NCBI RefSeq assembly: GCF_006345805.1
Contig: NW_021836178.1
Coordinates: 124,001-188,000, forward strand
Source of the DNA: Octopus sinensis
Lineage: Eukaryota
DNA length: 64,000 nt
Direction: 5' to 3'
A program made the translations under genes and the position numbers. Below, one piece after another: positions 39,602-50,697 of this stretch (positions within the stretch are counted from its first letter, which is position 1; each line of letters begins with the position of its first letter). The notes below the pieces were generated by a model. That model did no database searches and was not told the origin of the DNA. It worked only from the letters and a program-made list of their open reading frames with translations.

Positions 39602-39959
39602 ATCTGGACTTTCTGAAGTTTATCGAATATTTCGGTCTTTTAAAATATCATAGCCATAATAACTGTTACTGAGAGCTACAATGTCCTCTAATTTACAATC
39701 TCCTTAAGATAATCAAAGTTAACTTACGGGGCTGATGCAAGTCGGCAATAAACCGTATCTTCATTAAGAGGAAGTTGTTTCTAGAATGTGATATAAGGAT
39801 AAAAGAACCAGAAGGTCTGATTCAGTAAGCTAATTTGTCATATATTCAAAAACCTATTTAATTGATGTTTCAGAATTCTAACTGCCTCAAATTCCTTGTT
39901 GGAATCAGAATTTTGGCGTAATAATTTTAATATTTCCAAAATACACTTGGAGCCTGTGA

Positions 39960-40140
39960 CATAATACGACAGTCTTGAAACTACAGAAACAATTATTTTC
40001 ACAGTATTTAATTAGCAGCAGAGGATAAGATGGAATGGCAATTCCCACGCAAGATGAATATTGATATGCGTTGGAAAAGCCATGTCCGTTCCCGATGATC
40101 ATTTCTCCTTCTGCTTCCCAGGTACCCCAGTTTAATAAGG
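39960..40140 (-). pseudogene. Cathepsin-like C-terminal fragment
   Basis: NWGTWEAEGEMII...CVGIAIPSYPL resembles NSWG..WG..GY...CGIA..SYP. Confidence 0.45.
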
Positions 40141-40996
40141 AATTTTTTAGTTATTTGACAGATAGTTGTAAATGAGCGAATCTAAAAATTAAAATTGAAA
40201 AGCATCATGTAATAAGATATTTTGAAATGTCAATTACAATTTTATTTTTTATATGCCAATTCTATTAAATTATCTGTAAAAAATACAGAGAAATGTCTCA
40301 GTTACAAAAATAATTATTTAAAGAAAATTTTGGTACTTGTGAATCTACGGTTTTAAATAAAGTAATTATATTTTTTTATTTAGAGCCTTATTTTGTGATG
40401 CATGAGATGCGTCCGATTGGGTCTGAGTGAATTTTATGACAAGTGACGCCGTCATGACATCTCACCACATACAGATTCCAAACATGAATGGACTTTTGGA
40501 TGCTTGTACCCCTGGCTGTTGAGACGTCAGGAATACAGGGGCCTTCTACTCGGACCCTACTCCAGCGGATTGAAAATTTAAAATAAAATTGTTTATGAAC
40601 TAGCATTAAGCTAATAAAAAATTTCTTTTACTGTAATGTAAAGTAGATCTTTTAAACATTAATTTATTCACAGCATGTATCATTTTTAAATTATTACTCA
40701 TCCTCATCGATCATCGATAACAGTCTACAGCACAAATTCTATTTTATTGTTATACCTACTTTATATAAACCCCAAATTGACAAAAGTAGAACAAAACCAA
40801 TTTTCTAATTGACACTAAAAACTTATCTTTTTTCCAATCCTCCTTCTGACCTATAATTAGTAACTAAATAATAAAATCCTCTTCTATTTCAAAGTTACTT
40901 TTAACTTTTAAAAAAGGCCTAATTGAACCAATAACTCAATCCAAAACATATTTGATTAAAAAGTGACTAAAAGATGAATAAATAAAACAAACAACG

Positions 40997-41353
40997 TCAA
41001 ATTGTTGCCCTACAATATGGACAGGATGATTGAGCAGTCGGACATGCAGACAACCATTTTTTCATGCAAGAATAATGAAACACGTGTCCACATTTAAATA
41101 GGCATACATTTGAAGTGGATTTATAATCTATAAGACAAATAGAACAAGAATTTTCATCCTCGTAGTTCACAAGTTGGCTAAAAATGATCTTCTTGATTTG
41201 ATTTTGCGGGTCTTTTGTCATTTCTTTTGAACGAAATTTAAGAATAAAAAGTAAATTTTCCATGTGTCTTCGATCGACGGTCGAATAGTGGGACACTGCG
41301 TGATTTAGAAAGATTATTGGAGTATAAACGTAATAAACTGGATATGAATTCAC
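40997..41353 (-). CDS. RING-H2 finger protein
   Basis: CSICLIDY...CGHVFHYSCMKKWL...CPYCR. Confidence 0.85.
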   Translation of the reverse strand: MNSYPVYYVYTPIIFLNHAVSHYSTVDRRHMENLLFILKFRSKEMTKDPQNQIKKIIFSQLVNYEDENSCSICLIDYKSTSNVCLFKCGHVFHYSCMKKWLSACPTAQSSCPYCRATI

Positions 41354-42411
41354 ATAAGGAGTGTAATGGGCGTGATATTAAACCTGACTCATAATCTCTA
41401 TCGTTTTATTAAGAGTTTTGAGGGAACCTTGATAGATCGTAAAGAAATTGGGAGACATCATCGTTAGGAAGAGGAGTAAAAGGGTGAGAATTTAATTCAA
41501 AAATGGTAGATTCATTAAATAAGAGAATTTTCTGGTCGCTCATACTATTGAGTAAAATTCTGATTCTAGTTTTTAATTATGTTGTTTTTATCTTTCTATG
41601 ATGGAAAAGGCCGGCAGTGAAAAGACAATCAGCGAAATGACTAGAATCATTATCGACTTTAAATTTGAAAATTATAAACCGTGGAACTAAATAAGAGCTA
41701 CTCGACAAAATTATCTACAACTATATTTTTAAAGAAGATTGAAAGAAAGTTCCCAAAATAGTGGAATATGGTTTTGAAATTATTTTCGTCATGAGAGGAC
41801 AGTCCGGAATAAGCCCAGTCAAATATGACAACAGTCCAGCCAGCAGAGAAAAGATGCCCACACAGTTAATTAATCTAAATCCCAAATTTGTCTATCATCA
41901 GAAAAAACTGGCGATCGGCATGTCTGAGTATTCTGGCCAAAAGTGAGAAAAAGAATTGCTTTGGAAGGTTGACTAATCAAATCAAAAATCCAAATCAAAA
42001 TTTATTCCAAAGACCACCGTTAACCAAAGAAAAAAACTAACTAGGTGATCCCGACGAATTTGATCATTGCTCTCAGCTTCGCTCTGTGCTGCTCTCTTGA
42101 GCCCACACAAGATCGTTGAGGGCGGATCGTTTCTTTATAACATTGATGCCTTTTTGTATTCTTCTCAATGAGAGTTTCGAAAGAGATTGGTGGTTTGATA
42201 GCTTCACCTGTATACCATCTTTCGGTAAGTGTGAAAGCTCTTTTCTGGGTTGCGGAGATTTTACGGATGTTTGTATTCGAAATCAGTCAAGTAAGTTGTG
42301 ATTTAGTTATCCAGAACTTCCCGTTTCTTCCTTAGCCGAGTCATTTGGTCTGGTAAGAATAATATTTTATAGTTGAAACATGAACTTACAATATAGATTA
42401 AGTATTTCTTT

Positions 42412-43027
42412 TTATATACAAATGACTGAATACATAAAATTATTTATATTCAAACAAATCAGAAATTTTTTTTTAATTAATTTTCTTAACATGTTCAAAT
42501 CCACAAAGCAATGGACAAAGTTTATGAAATGAATGTCCGACAATTCGGGGGGTGTGAGTGGGGGGCAGTGAATGGGATATTCCCCGACGGGGGAGTGGAC
42601 AGGGACTCGTTTCAGAGTGACGAAATTGACTGGAGTCACGTCCAGTCTTTCTGCTCTTTTTATATTGGAGGTGGATGGATAGTCTGATTGGTAGAATAAG
42701 ACTGAATTGGGATTCTCGATAGTGAGGGGGATGTACGACAAAATATATCAGGAGATCGGACTCATGTTCCAAACTCCTGAGGCTCTTGTAAAGAAGGGGT
42801 ATTTCCGGTCTTTGGGGTACATGCGGGGACTTAATATTTGGGCCATTCAGTCCTCTCTGGAGTCTGTCAGGGATGATTAGTTTATTTATTGGGCCTAATT
42901 TAGGTGTGGTATTCGTATCTAAAACAGCTTCGGAGTAGCTAAATACGTTTTTTTCAAATTTTACAATTTTTTCAGTAAAAATTTCAAAGACGGTAACATT
43001 TAAGTGTTTGTGGGTATCTTTCACCAC
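42412..43027 (-). pseudogene. Highly divergent cathepsin-like pro/mature fragment (tentative)
   Basis: I29-like IFTEKIVKF...KLGPINK; PSTSNIKRAERLDVTPV; NFVHC; shares ~46 bp with 39082-39127; no catalytic CGSCW. Confidence 0.3.
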
Positions 43028-43677
43028 ATAAAGTTGTGTATTTCAAATTATGTTTTGACTTAAATCTCTAAAAACAATCTTTGTACGCTTTAAATTCACC
43101 AATTAAAGCTTCAAAGAAATCATTGTCGTATTTATTAAATAATTGACTTTAATCAGGGAACTCTTGAAAGACATCAAAAAGCATCAGCGCAAGTCACATT
43201 CATTCAGGAACCTTCCCTTGACAGTTGTTACATCTGGTTTAGTCTATCACCGCCGTCTACCCTCAAAGGCCGAGTGGGAAAACTTTTGACTTGTCACACA
43301 TCGTGAATGCCAGTCAGAGTTATTAGTATTCTTGTCTATGCTTGTTTTCCACGTTGGAGCTGAAATACGCTGTGAAAACATCAAACGCCGCTTTAACCTC
43401 AATGACGTAAATATTGAATCAGAAGGTCTCAGTGAAAGCACACACAACTCAAAGTTGGCATACAAAACTGAGAAGCCGAACGTGTCCTTTATTTTTTGCG
43501 TTTTTTTTGTCATAGCTGAAAAGATCTGTTTCTCCTACAACGGTTGGTCTTACCGTGGAGCCAGAATACAAATAAATGTAATAAATATGTTTTACTTATA
43601 TCATAAATAGTTTATTCCTACTGATTATTGTGATTTTGTCGAACAGATTTTGTAGTTATTCGTGCGTCATTATTAAT

Positions 43678-44104
43678 ATGGGAATAAAATATTTCATTCA
43701 CCCAAACGGCACTAGTTTCTACCAGTGCAAGAAATGCCACGTCCCCTTCGCGAATCGCGAGGACATTCAGTCCCGCAGGTTCACGGGAGGCTCCGGGCAG
43801 GCCTACTTGTTCAAAAAAGTGGTCAACCTGCGATTTGGTGATGTACAGCCATGTCCTCAATGTCATATAGACTAAACACCAAGTCATGCTGACCGGCCCT
43901 CACTTGGTCCAGGACGCCTTCTGTCGCGGGTGCGGGACCAAGATTGGTTGGAGATATGAATTCGCCTTTGAGGAGACTCAGCGCTATAAGGAGGATTCGG
44001 TCATCCTTGAAAAGGCACTCATCGAGCACTGCAATGACCCTTTGGACGGAGGATTTCTTTCCTCTTCAAGCACGTCCAATGTTGCCAGTGTCACCTTATT
44101 GTAG
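43678..44104 (+). CDS. Yippee-like (YPEL5-type) protein
   Basis: [43 protein letters not shown]; one 28-nt intron. Confidence 0.9.
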
Positions 44105-44895
44105 ATTTTACATTGATTTTTATTTTTGTTAATATTTTCAAATCAATTCGAGGGGAACTAATTGCTGGCCCATTGTAGTGATATAATATTGCTAAGAAAC
44201 GACGAGGCGTATTGCATTTCAGTCACTCATACTGCTGTCCGGTTATGACAGACAAAGGTGATTCTTACTCAACTAATTCGATAACAACTCACTTATGTAA
44301 TTCGAAAAATGGAAAGTTTTATATTAAGGCCATTTTAACGCTCTAACTCTGTGAGTCATACTAAGGGTTCGTTGTGGCTCAGACACTTCCTTATCGATGG
44401 TAACCCAATTCTTTTTTATTCAATCAGTAGAATTACAAGTTGGTAAATATAAGGCTATTTTGTTACCTAATTGTGTTAATGTGAAAAAACAATACAAAAG
44501 AATAAAATAACGTGACATCTTAAATTATAAAATCGTATTGTCAAAAAATTAACATCATTAATGAAAAAAGTCATAAAATCATTATTTATTGAAAATAGTA
44601 ATCAATTTTATTTCCATATCCATAGTACAGTCGAACCCCGTCCCAACAAAAAGCCCGCCTTCGGGCACCGTCGCTTTTTGGGGCGATTTTATTTTTTAGT
44701 AAATTTTTCATCAATAATTTCCAAATTTGGAAATTATCAAAACCCCACTGGGCACTTTACTAATTTATTTTAATATTATTACATACTGATAGATTCCGAC
44801 ATTTTTTTATTTAATTTCGACATGATTAGTTTTTATTGTATCTTTTTGTTATTTACATACTGATAAAATAATTAAATTTAAAGCTGCGTGATTTA

Positions 44896-46260
44896 ATGCG
44901 TCAGGTGACACTTTCTAGGGAAGAATTGGAAATTATCAAAGAATTCAAGTCCAATGAAGAGGATTTGAGTGTCTTCGATAACAAGAGCAAGTTCCAGCGA
45001 ATGCGGCTTAAGAGAATAGCCAGATCAATTGTCTTTAAGGATGAAATTACTTACATTCTCGTTGATGATGTTCTCAAGCGTTTCTTTTGTGTGGAGGACC
45101 ATGAGCTAAAAATGAAATGCATTGAGGTTTATTGAAAAATTTCATTAGGCCGAGCACAATAAAAATCACTTTGGGAGGGACAGACTGTATAGCAAGCTAA
45201 GATGCAAGTATTATAATTTGAGAAGGATAGAGATTACAGAGACTATCGGTAGATGTACCCTTTGTCAAGTATGTTTCTTTATTTAAAATTAGTCAAAACG
45301 ATTAGTGAGCACCAAACCAGAGATCAAACCCATCATTGCGAGCAGACCACGTGACCGATATATTGCAGACTTAGTCGATTTACGACGTTATTCATCGTTG
45401 AACGACTCATATTCATGGGTATTTATAATATTAATAAGTCGATAGGTATTACATGTGATAGATTCTTTTTTAAAATATGCCATGGTTGAGGTTATAAAAA
45501 CGAAATCTGCCAATGAGGTTGCTTCTAGCTTACAGCGGATTATTTATTTTGTTGGACCATCATCCTGCATACTGATAACGGAAATGAATTTAAGAATTCC
45601 AAGATGGAAGAACTATGCGAGAAGTATAATATTTCGCACGTATTTGGAAGACCACGGGCTCCTTGGGTACAGGGACAAATAGAAAGGTGTTTTCTGCATT
45701 AATTAATTTTAGATTTAATAAGAGTGTAAAAGGTTGGATTTCCTCCACCAGTGAATCAAAAAATTGTTTTGGACGTTATGTCAATATTATCAAAGATATT
45801 GTCGAGGATTATAATTACACTATTCACTCGATGACAAGGCAGATACCTTACTTTCTGTTTATGGGAATCAAGAATTGCAATTTAGTTAGTGAAACACATC
45901 GAAAAGAGCTTATGGGGCATAACAGTGATGATACAGAAAAAGAGGATTTAGAAAATGACAGTGATGACGAACTTGAGAAAAAGAGAAAGGAAGCTTTCAA
46001 AAACATTGTCTCTTGCGGTATAAAAATGAATAAAAAAGAAAATGGAAAAACGATGAGGATAGGCCATCAGAAGGCGATCTTGTACTTCTACGTACAGATA
46101 ATGACACCAATCGGCCAAGATATCCGTTATATGACGGAATTGATTCCAGCAAACACAAGATCATCAGTGTGAAAAACGATCAGTATTTTTTAGAAGGAGA
46201 AAATGGTGAGATTGTACCAAATGTACACATCTCAAGATTTAAAACAATTAAGAAATAACT
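44896..46260 (+). mobile_element. Ginger-like integrase gene with four micro-introns
   Basis: After splicing 45127-45148, 45269-45292, 45419-45445, 45687-45712: EHNKNHFG..CTLCQ, ADLVDL, VIDSF, HTDNGNEF, QGQIERFN. Confidence 0.85.
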
Positions 46261-46340
46261 TATTTAACTCTATAAAAATTTATTCAAAATTAAAATTTTC
46301 ATTAACTTTTTAAGTATTAAAACTTTTTAAGTATTAAGGA

Positions 46341-46412
46341 TTAGGGTTTAGATTAGGATTAGGGTTTAGATTAGGATTAGGGTTTAGATTAGGATTAGGG
46401 TTTAGATTAGGT
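46341..46412 (+). repeat. Interstitial telomere-like higher-order repeat (TTAGGG TTTAGA TTAGGA) x4
   Basis: Direct reading; further degenerate TTAGGG units to ~46491. Confidence 0.9.
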
Positions 46413-46502
46413 TTGGAGATAAAAGTCAGTTTAGGGTGGAAACTAAGTTTTGGGCTAGACGCCAGGTATACGTTGGGATTAGAGTTAGGGGTTTTTTTAA
46501 GA

Positions 46503-48894
46503 CAGGGGTGTCAAACATGCGGCCCTCAGTGTACTTTGCCAAACATAAGTGCGTGCGGTCTGATTTAATGGATATAAAATGCAAAAAATTATTTTTTATT
46601 TTTTTACATTTAATTAAATTTTTTAATTGTATTTTTAAATCGTGTTTGTTAATGTCACGTGCTTCTTCTGGAATAAAAAAGAAACGGTGCTTGAAAGATG
46701 AACGGAGAATGTTAAAAGATAAATGGGAACTTCTCTATTTTTGCACAATGGTTGATGGAAAAATATATTGTTTGATATGTAACAAGTTTATCGCTATACC
46801 GAAAGAATACAACCTAAAGGGGCATTATCAATCTAATCATTTATCATAAAATTATTTCGAAGGTATTAAGTTGCTTATTAACCAAGAAGGTCCAATACGT
46901 GTTTCAAAGCTAAATGAATTGCGAAAAATTTTATCTGCGTTAAAAAATCATTTCACAAAAATCATAATAGAAGTACTGCATTAGTCACTGCAAGCTATGA
47001 AATCAGCAGAATGCTTGCACTAAATGGAAAATCATATTGTGATGGTGATTTCATTAAGCAATGCCTTGTAAAAACAGCGAATATTATTTGTCCAGACGAC
47101 GCCCACTTGTTCAAAGATATTTCATTAACAAGAAATACTGTTGCCGAACACATTAATGAAATGGCATTGAATTTGAAACACTAATTAAAGTCTGATTTGT
47201 TAAAATTCGAATATTTTTCAATTGCAATCGATGAAACAGTCGACGTCGTTGGAATTGCACGATTAGCAATCTTTTTTAGAGCCTGTGATTCAGATTTTAA
47301 TATTTATAAAGAATTTCTCGAACTGGTACCAATGCACGATACTTACAAGTAAAGATATTTTTATAGAAATTATAAAACTACTACAAATTCTCTTTAAATA
47401 TGGGTTTGATTTGAAGAAGATTGTATGTTTATGCACTGATGGTGCTTCGAATATGGTTTGACGACATGCTGCCGTTGCCGCTAAATTGCGAGCTGAAATA
47501 GAAAAGGTAAATCCCGGGTCATCATTTGCTCATTTTCATTATATTATTCATCAGCAATATTTGTGCTCAAAGATATTAATAATGGAAAATACCATTAGTT
47601 TGGTCACGAAAACAGTAAACTATATCAGAGGTCATCCCCTCAACCACCGGCAGTTTAGTAAACTGTTGACAGATATTAATAATCAGTTCAGCGACATTCC
47701 TTTTTATACTCCAGTCCTCTGGTTATTACTTCACAAATTTGTTAAAAGATTTTATTTGTTGAGATCGGAAATAATTTTATTTATGGAGATACAGAAAGCA
47801 GCAGAAAAGGCGAAGATATCTAAGTATTTGGAGATCGGAAAACTTTTCCGTTTTGTCCCAATCTCGATAGAGACGTCTGGTGTAGTGGGATCCAAAACCG
47901 CGGAATTTCTCAAGGAAATTGGGGCGATGCTGGCTAAACGAAGGAGGGACAGTCGCGAGGGGTATTGGCTTCGCCAACGTATCGGAATTGCAGTTCTTCG
48001 TGGCAACACGCACGCGATACTGGCTGCCGGAGCAATCAATTCATGAAATAGAACTTTATTGTTGGGTTGTGGGGAGGAGCAAACCACCTCCTCAATTCGA
48101 TAATGAAGTCCTGAAAATGTTTTACAGTTCCATTTTTACTTTACTTAAGTTAAAAAAAAAAAATTTTATTTTATGGAGATGAAAGGGCAAAACACAGACG
48201 AAATGAAAAGCCAATCTTGGATCAGGAGTACTGTTGATGCACATAATGTAATGAATTTTTCTCAGTATGAAAAACAACTAGAATCGTTGTTAAAGGAATT
48301 TCAAGAAAGATTTAATGATTTTTGGTCTTTTGAACAACAATTTTTATTATTCGCATCACCATTCTCTTTTAATGTTTCCAATGCAGATAAAAGTTTACAA
48401 ATGTAACTATTCGAAATCCAATCAGATTCTATACTTTAAGCTAAATATTTGGAGGTTGGAATACCTGCTTTCTTTTTATATCTTCCTGGAAAGTTTAAAA
48501 ACTTTAAAAAGTTTGCAACAAGAATCATTGCTATGTTTGGTTCGACATATATGTGTGAACAGCTTTTTTCATTTATGAAAAGCACAAAAACTGCTTAAAG
48601 AACAGGACTAACTGATGAACATTTATTCTCTTTAATAAAAGTCGGTACTACACGAATAGCTCAGCCTGACATATCAAAAATTGTATCTAAAAAAAGATGT
48701 CAATCCTATGGAAGCAGCTCTCACCAAAATTAAGGGGCGATGATTGAATAATTTAGTTTCTCTTATTTTGGTTATTTATCATAATAAATATCAGAACTAA
48801 TATTCCCTTAATGAGAAATTATTATAAATGCGGCCCTCGAAGCGAAATTGTTACAAAATGCGGCCCTCAAAGCGAAATGAGTTTGACACCCCTG
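46503..48894 (+). mobile_element. Charlie/SPIN-like hAT transposon (degenerate)
   Basis: CAGGGGTGTCAAAC / GTTTGACACCCCTG TIRs; 8-bp TSD TTTTAAGA; CLICNK, IAIDETVD, CTDGA, STYMCEQLFS. Confidence 0.95.
47791..48163 (+). mobile_element. CRE 3' fragment with poly(A) and ~17-bp TSD inside the hAT
   Basis: FVPISIETSG, QRIGIAVLRGN; ATTTTAT(T)TATGGAGAT on both sides. Confidence 0.85.
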
Positions 48895-49475
48895 TTTTAA
48901 GACATATTATTTTTGAACACTTGATACTTATCTTTTTGTAATGCATTCCAAGATTTCTATTGAAACAAAAATTAAAATTGCAAAGTGTCTACAAATTTCT
49001 TCTGAAAGAGAAGGTGCAAAAAAATTCAAGAACGAGCTGGCTTTTTCAGCGGATATCGTTCGCGATATTACGTGGAAATTGCCTGTCCATCCGCTCGGCG
49101 ACTCATCTAATTTAGTTAACTTCTCTATTTTTTTGGACCTAATTTAAACATTTCATAATAAAAAAATTCAAGATAAGCTTAGATTTCAACTTGGAAAAGA
49201 TTTAAGAAATAAGAAAAATTTGAAATTGACTGATTATTTCAAAAAAATGTTTTACAAAATAATGATTTATTAATTAATCAAAATCAAGTGAAAAAACAGA
49301 ATAGAAATCTATCAAACTATAGAGCAAAAAGCACAACTTATTGTATTATCGCCACATAAACACTTTGGAAGATGTGAAAAGGTTCTTTGTTTGCAAAGTA
49401 AACCACAATTTAAACTTTTCTGAGACACTAAAAGTTTTTAACGAACTTTGAGGAATATCTAAAACTAAATCTAAA

Positions 49476-49672
49476 CCGCTGGAGCTGCGGGGAAGGAGAC
49501 TGACTCGTTCCTCAAAGAGGTCGGGCAGTCCATCGGGAGGAGGCTCAAGGACACGAGAGAGGGCCTCTGGTTCCGCCAGCGCATCGGCCTGGCCATTGTT
49601 CGGGGCAACGCACACTGCGTCCTTGCCGCTGGGACTTAACGATTTTCGTTGTCTTATTTTTTTATCTAAATC
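49476..49672 (+). mobile_element. CRE 3' fragment, close relative of the 19492 copy
   Basis: High nucleotide similarity to 19660-19825. Confidence 0.8.
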
Positions 49673-50697
49673 TTCTAATTATTATTATTTAAGCCAAACA
49701 AAATCACCGTCTTAACCATTAACTAACACGTTCAGGTGATTCCGACACTTCTCAACAGTCGAGCCATCTTTTCACGATGTTCAGACCGTGACCCCACACA
49801 CTTTCTGTATGTACGGTGAATACAATTATTTAGCGCGCGTCATGTGGTTCACCTTTTCTGGTGGCGCCGGATACAGTCCTAAACGATATCTAAAGAGAAC
49901 CATTTGCTCCCCGCCAACCAGAAGACTTCCCCCTGGATGGCATCTTCTCAACGTTGGCACTTACTATCGATTGTTGCTGTTGACCTCAGGTGACGTGGAA
50001 CAGAATCCCGGCTTAAAGCTAACAATACAATGCCTAAATATTGACGGGATTCGAGGAAAGACGGCGGAACTTGACAGTTTTTTGGAGGAGAACCGAATAG
50101 ATGTCTGTCTTCTCCAAGAGACGAAACTTTTGGAACGGATCCCTACTCCTCTTTTTACTGGATATGATGCACTACGATGTGACCGCAAGTCTGACCATGG
50201 CGGGGGTCTACTGACCCTTATAAAAAGAGGAATAAAATATTTTGAGAATCCCTTACCGTATGCAAGCCTAAGGAAGGACTCCAACTCCGAAATAATTGGA
50301 ATCTCACTTATGACCTCCTACGGAAGACTACGGAAGACTATTCCTTATAAAAAAATGGACTCACAGCCAAGATTAAAATCAAAGCCATCCAAAAGGCCCC
50401 CGACGACTTATTTTCTTCCTGAAGAGGTGTCTGAAACAATCTCGAATCAGAAGAAAACAAACTCATGTGGACCGGATGGAATTCCACTTATTCTACTAAA
50501 ACACTTGGGCCCTGTTTCAATAAATGCTTTAACCACGATCTATAACACGTCATTAATCACGAACTCTATACCGAACTTATGGAAACTATCAAAAATCCGG
50601 CCAATATTAAACTAGGGATGTAAATGTCGAATACGCGAAGGAAAGACTACAAAGAATACTGGACGACTTATATGGATGGCTATATGAAAACAGACTA

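Larger units (their letters stand above)
44628..49440 (+). mobile_element. Probable Tigger-like remnant split by nested insertions
   Basis: TA|CAGTCGAACCCCG terminus at 44628; HTH-like start MHSKISIETKIKIAK at 48941. Confidence 0.4.

Noticed and set aside
46341-46412. CRISPR-like array
   Set aside because: No spacers; contiguous tandem repeat in a eukaryote.
44773-48911. ATATTATT as an 8-bp TSD around the Ginger/telomere block
   Set aside because: Low-complexity AT sequence and no inverted termini inside it.
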